From NCBI GenBank assembly GCA_963669175.1, contig OY769902.1:704001-768000 (forward strand): a DNA stretch of 64,000 nt. The letters are read 5' to 3'. Both the position numbers and the translations under genes were made by a program. The notes below the pieces were generated by a model that searched no databases, was not told where the DNA came from, and was given only the letters and a program-made list of their open reading frames with translations. Positions 58,199 to 64,000 of this stretch are shown here, in pieces; position 1 is the stretch's first letter, and every line of letters begins with the position of its first letter. Source of the DNA: a bacterium. Lineage in GTDB: Bacteria > Electryoneota > Electryoneia > Electryoneales > Electryoneaceae.

Positions 58199-59026
58199 CT
58201 ACCGGGTCAACAGAATCGTTAGGGTTACAACTTGCAAAACCAATACGGCCACCTGTGCAATTCGGACAGCCTTCACAAGGAAGGTTTCGCCAACAGGATG
58301 CGCATACACCTGGTCACCATTGATTAACAGGATATCCTGGGACACATCACCCAGGTTATAGTAGGATTCCAGATCGATCAGGATTCGTTCACCTGTATTG
58401 CGAAGCACCCAGATTTCCCGTGTTTCAGCCTCGGGCAACAAGCCACCATGATCAGCAACGAAGTCTGTCAATAACTGGGGACGAGGTAGAGGGTAAATTC
58501 CCTGATGTACAAAAGCCCCCAGAAGTGTCGCATTGTGGGATACGTAATCCATGATACGGACAAGGACAACCGGGGCAATGATATACCGGTCCAGTTTCGT
58601 ACGTATCAGTTGTTCAAGTTCAACCGGAGTTCTTCCTCCGGCAACCACATTTCCAATCAGGGGAACAAAGATGGTGCCGTCATCCTGAACAACAACATCA
58701 ACCGGACGGCCGTCATCTTCAAAATCACGCCTGTCATAAAAAACAAGGCGCAGTTTATCTTTCGGGCCAAGCGGATAATAACGGCTGGCTCGTTCAACAC
58801 TATCCTGTTGCTCGACCACTCTTTCGATGTACTGAATGGCTTGAACGGTATCAGGTGGGACCACCTCGTCAAATTCAAGCTTCCAGTCCATAAAAGTGGT
58901 ATCAATATCGCGGTCCGGTTCCGGGATGTCCGTAATCTGTTCCTGCCCCAGGAGAAGATAAGGCACAGCTAACAGCAATACGAAAACCAGTACGAACTTA
59001 GCCAGTATTTGTTTCGCAGACGCCAT
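58199..59026 (-). CDS. Polysaccharide export protein (Wza/Poly_export plus SLBB)
   Basis: YPLGPKDKL, VQDDGTIFVPLIG...GRT..EL, LGAF...G.Y, HGGL, DILLINGD. Confidence 0.88.
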   Translation of the reverse strand: MASAKQILAKFVLVFVLLLAVPYLLLGQEQITDIPEPDRDIDTTFMDWKLEFDEVVPPDTVQAIQYIERVVEQQDSVERASRYYPLGPKDKLRLVFYDRRDFEDDGRPVDVVVQDDGTIFVPLIGNVVAGGRTPVELEQLIRTKLDRYIIAPVVLVRIMDYVSHNATLLGAFVHQGIYPLPRPQLLTDFVADHGGLLPEAETREIWVLRNTGERILIDLESYYNLGDVSQDILLINGDQVYAHPVGETFLVKAVRIAQVAVLVLQVVTLTILLTR

Positions 59027-59084
59027 CTTCCTCGACAAAGAAATGAAAACATACCCCGATTTGGCATAGAATATAGGCATCTTT

Positions 59085-59975
59085 TTATCTAAAAGCTAGA
59101 AGTTTAGAAAATTTTTCCCTTAATATTTCTGTGCTTGAAACTCTATGCAATACATTACTTAACTGCTGTAAAGCTAAAGTTTTACTGTCTGAATGATAGG
59201 TTAGTTCAAGTACATCTGTCAGGCGTATTCCCTCGTTTCTTATCGTACCATCCCCCAGCCCCTTGCGAAGCAGAACCATGCTCTTGACTTTGGTTTCAGG
59301 AATCCAGTTCAGGGTATCTGATTCAACAGCCGATTTTCCGTCTTTTTCAATATGTGACAAGGAAAACTGGGGATATCTTTCCCAAACATCCTGCATGGCC
59401 CGTGGTGGTTCTCCCATCCCCCAGGCAATGACATCATTGGCCTCTTCCCGCACTTCCAAGAAGACAAGATCATCTGCGAGGTATTCCGCACCGAGGTTCA
59501 GAGCATGAAGTACTGCACTGGTTTTTCCGGCCCCTGATGCCCCTGCAATCAGGATACCTTCACTATTCAGCTCCACCGCAGCAGCATGCATGGCACGTAT
59601 CCCAAACGGAGCCAGGGTAGCAACCAGGGCCGGAGCGATAATCTGGCGTGCGGGGCTGTCTGTTTTACGCCATGCGGATTCACTCAACACAACGCGGACA
59701 AGACGTTCCGGTTCTCGAATTTCTATGACAGGACCAATATGAGGGTGTACAAATAGAATTGTTGAATCATCACGAAAAGCTTCAAAGAGGGCATGATGGA
59801 AAAGAAAGGGCTCCATGTTAGATGTTGATACATCAAGTCGCCCGGTTTCCAGAACCATCTGAATATCAGGGTGAACTGTCTTGGGTTCTTCTATACCTAG
59901 CCGAAGGTTGAAAACAGGTACGCCATGACCACGCAAGATATCAAGGACGACCGCACCTATACGAACACGCTTCAT
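59085..59975 (-). CDS. HprK-related kinase
   Basis: MHAAAV, GILIAGASGAGKTS (Walker A), YLADD. Confidence 0.85.
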   Translation of the reverse strand: MKRVRIGAVVLDILRGHGVPVFNLRLGIEEPKTVHPDIQMVLETGRLDVSTSNMEPFLFHHALFEAFRDDSTILFVHPHIGPVIEIREPERLVRVVLSESAWRKTDSPARQIIAPALVATLAPFGIRAMHAAAVELNSEGILIAGASGAGKTSAVLHALNLGAEYLADDLVFLEVREEANDVIAWGMGEPPRAMQDVWERYPQFSLSHIEKDGKSAVESDTLNWIPETKVKSMVLLRKGLGDGTIRNEGIRLTDVLELTYHSDSKTLALQQLSNVLHRVSSTEILREKFSKLLAFR

Positions 59976-60238
59976 GAACGCTCCACCAGAAAGCTTCTGT
60001 CGAGCAATTCCTTAATAAATCGTTCTATATCGTCAAGCACTACTTCAGTAACATCTATTCCAAGCCGTCGGCATACATTTTCAGCGAGCGCTTCCAGGTT
60101 TTCGGACTTGCCAATATATTGCCATATCAGGTAGGCTGTCCTGTTGACCACTATGTAGGATCCATCATCCTTGAGCAGCAGCAATCCATCATCAACTTCC
60201 TGGATGGCCAGATCCGGATTGGGAACCGGTATAGACAT
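59972..60238 (-). CDS. Stand-alone PqqD-family protein (RiPP recognition element)
   Basis: 88 aa; VDDGLLLL, Y..VNRTAYLIW, DIERFIKELL...LV; GGGGAG RBS. Confidence 0.88.
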   Translation of the reverse strand: MSIPVPNPDLAIQEVDDGLLLLKDDGSYIVVNRTAYLIWQYIGKSENLEALAENVCRRLGIDVTEVVLDDIERFIKELLDRSFLVERS

Positions 60239-60256
60239 AAGTATCCATCTCCCCCG

Positions 60257-61396
60257 TTACTTGGAATGCCACAGGACCGAACCCAGTGTTTTCGCACGGT
60301 TTTTCACATACCAGCCCAATGCAGGATCAGGATCATTCGCTTCCTGCAACACGGACACCGGCGGGAAAGCCGTATGCAGAAGATAATGAACCATTCCTTC
60401 CATATCATCCAATAAATCTGCCATTGCCAATACTCTTCTTCCTCCTCCCTGCCGCACCATATGCCCGTGTATCAGGTTACCAGCCGATCTCCTCTGTAGT
60501 GACCACGCGGTCCAGCGATCCATTGCGATATGCTGCAAGGGGTGTGGCTGTCTCCCATACACCATCATGGATAATTCAAGTCCCGTTCGAACTGCGCGGT
60601 ACACTTTCCATTCTCTGCACCTGCGATAAAATGAGTCATTCCGGATGTGTTCTTTCCATTCTTGAAGGGTAAAATGAAGATCGAGCAACCAATCCAGCCT
60701 GAAATAGCCATGACGCACGCTGTGAAGGGCGGCCAGGATCAAATGGTCCTCCCAGTGCGGCACACGCGCTTCTATTCCTTCGGATAACATGACGTGAACT
60801 GCTTTTGCGAACAGATCTTCCGGTGGAATCCAGAATGGTTCCGTGCGATCTACAGGCGCTCGATGAAGATCAACCGTAACCGGACTGGCAGGATGTTTGA
60901 AAACAGCAGCGAACCCATAATGGTCCTGAATCTCATTTGTTCTCTTCCAGTGTACTGTGGGAAGTTGTTGCCATCCGGCATTCTTGAAGGTAGCAGCAAT
61001 CTGCTGAAATTCACCCGGCCTGGTAATCAGATCAATATCACCCGGATTTCGCTGGTAAACTTCCGGATATACTTCCCCGAGCGCGAGACCTTTAAACAGT
61101 AGAACACTATCCGCATTAAAAAGCTTGTAAACGTCCTTCAGGGCGTTGCTGACAAGTTTTCTTCTGGCCTTGCCGGGAATTACCGTCTTATCCAGATAAT
61201 TCATTCCAGATGGCGAAAAACAGGTTTTCCAGTGATTGTTGTGCTTAATCCTGTCGCTTGCCAGCGCCCCGAGGCCATGATGAACCAGTAGACTTGTAAG
61301 CGAATCTGTTTCAGGAAATGGATCCGGAGGGAGATTGCCTGTCAGTAAACGCGCCACCGTATACAGCAATAATCGTTCTTCTTCAGGACTCTTCAT
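60257..61396 (-). CDS. Nucleotidyltransferase family protein (NTP_transf_5-like)
   Basis: LLFKGLAL..VYP....R..GDIDL, VDLH, HLIL..LH..RH, WLLDL. Confidence 0.87.
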   Translation of the reverse strand: MKSPEEERLLLYTVARLLTGNLPPDPFPETDSLTSLLVHHGLGALASDRIKHNNHWKTCFSPSGMNYLDKTVIPGKARRKLVSNALKDVYKLFNADSVLLFKGLALGEVYPEVYQRNPGDIDLITRPGEFQQIAATFKNAGWQQLPTVHWKRTNEIQDHYGFAAVFKHPASPVTVDLHRAPVDRTEPFWIPPEDLFAKAVHVMLSEGIEARVPHWEDHLILAALHSVRHGYFRLDWLLDLHFTLQEWKEHIRNDSFYRRCREWKVYRAVRTGLELSMMVYGRQPHPLQHIAMDRWTAWSLQRRSAGNLIHGHMVRQGGGRRVLAMADLLDDMEGMVHYLLHTAFPPVSVLQEANDPDPALGWYVKNRAKTLGSVLWHSK

Positions 61397-61423
61397 GGCA
61401 ATCCTGCTTACATGCGTAACATG

Positions 61424-61449
61424 AAAAACGCACCTTTACGGCGCGTTTT
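61424..61449 (-). terminator. Stem-loop with U tail after the peptide gene
   Basis: Minus strand AAAACGCGCC-GTAAA-GGTGCGTTTTT. Confidence 0.55.
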
Positions 61450-61467
61450 ATCGGAAAAGAACTCCTC

Positions 61468-61476
61468 TTATCCACA
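61468..61476 (+). promoter_or_regulatory. Single perfect DnaA box
   Basis: TTATCCACA in intergenic DNA; isolated, could be chance. Confidence 0.3.
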
Positions 61477-61499
61477 ATTCTCCTGCTACAGCGTATTTT

Positions 61500-61637
61500 T
61501 CACGGACCCCAAGGATCCGGTTCGTCGCTGAAAAGACGAGCCTCAACGCGTCCCTCTTCCAGAATCTTCGGTGGTTCCCACTTGGGTTCCTGAGGGTCGT
61601 TGGACAAGTCCTGTGTCATGTCTTTTTCGTTCTTCAT
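61500..61637 (-). CDS. Putative RiPP-like precursor peptide (45 aa, not in the ORF track)
   Basis: MKNEKDMTQDLSNDPQEPKWEPPKILEEGRVEARLFSDEPDPWGP; GAAGGAG RBS; KWEPPKI leader motif; upstream of the NTase/PqqD/kinase genes. Confidence 0.75.
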   Translation of the reverse strand: MKNEKDMTQDLSNDPQEPKWEPPKILEEGRVEARLFSDEPDPWGP

Positions 61638-61681
61638 CAAACTGACTCCTTCTATCCTGCTTCACTTACTGACGTTGTTGC

Positions 61682-63787
<2,106 letters not shown>

Positions 63788-63790
63788 TTA

Positions 63791-64000
63791 TCACCTGGTC
63801 AACATCACCTCTCGAACCGTATTCTCTCGCGTAGCCAGATTAATCTTGTCCATCAATTCCTGCCGCATATAGTGAAGCTGGTGTCGCCAGCTATCATCCA
63901 ACACTTTTACTGTCAAACGTCCACGTTCAAGCTTTTCCGGAATAGTCACCCGCGCTATCGCATGTCCTACTATCTCTTCCCAATGAAGGAACAGATGTAC
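63791..64000 (-). CDS. DciA/DUF721 family protein (3' part, truncated by the window edge)
   Basis: Translated by hand: ...HWEEIVGHAIARVTIPEKLERGRLTVKVLDDSWRHQLHYMRQELMDKIN...; typical position upstream of gyrB. Confidence 0.85.
   Translation of the reverse strand, partial: VHLFLHWEEIVGHAIARVTIPEKLERGRLTVKVLDDSWRHQLHYMRQELMDKINLATRENTVREVMLTR

Noticed and set aside
59972-60238. PQQ biosynthesis
   Set aside because: No pqqB/C/E, and the peptide has no ExxxY core.
59085-61637. Canonical lasso peptide cluster
   Set aside because: No asparagine-synthetase-like cyclase or B2 peptidase in the window; the peptide lacks Thr(-2) and a plausible ring plus tail.

Overview
A 64 kb bacterial chromosomal window, probably close to the replication origin (two parS sites, the rpmH-rnpA-yidD-yidC-mnmE-mnmG-rsmG block, gyrB and a partial dciA/DUF721). 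Gene content (GT9, an MsbA-like ABC transporter, Wza/Wzc, multiheme cytochrome, SelA, B12 mutase) suggests a diderm anaerobe or facultative anaerobe; this is inference. The left half holds GH3 and GH29 glycosidases, tRNA-Gln, an apparently catalytically dead amidohydrolase, a 17-heme CbcL-like cytochrome, selA-nfeD-comEC, an ECF sigma cassette between two MITE copies, an orphan arcA, and an isobutyryl-CoA-mutase-type operon interrupted by a hybrid kinase. The right half holds an intact IS3, a System II cytochrome c maturation operon, an envelope glycosyltransferase operon and the origin-type genes. The best candidate for an undescribed system lies directly downstream of gyrB. An unannotated 45-aa peptide with a WxxP RRE-binding-type leader precedes a nucleotidyltransferase, a stand-alone PqqD/RRE and an HprK-like kinase, and these run straight into Wza-Wzc-Wzy polysaccharide export genes, with no lasso cyclase or peptidase in view. 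rnpA is also split by a frameshift in a T9 run. All calls come from motif recognition by eye; no database searches were run.
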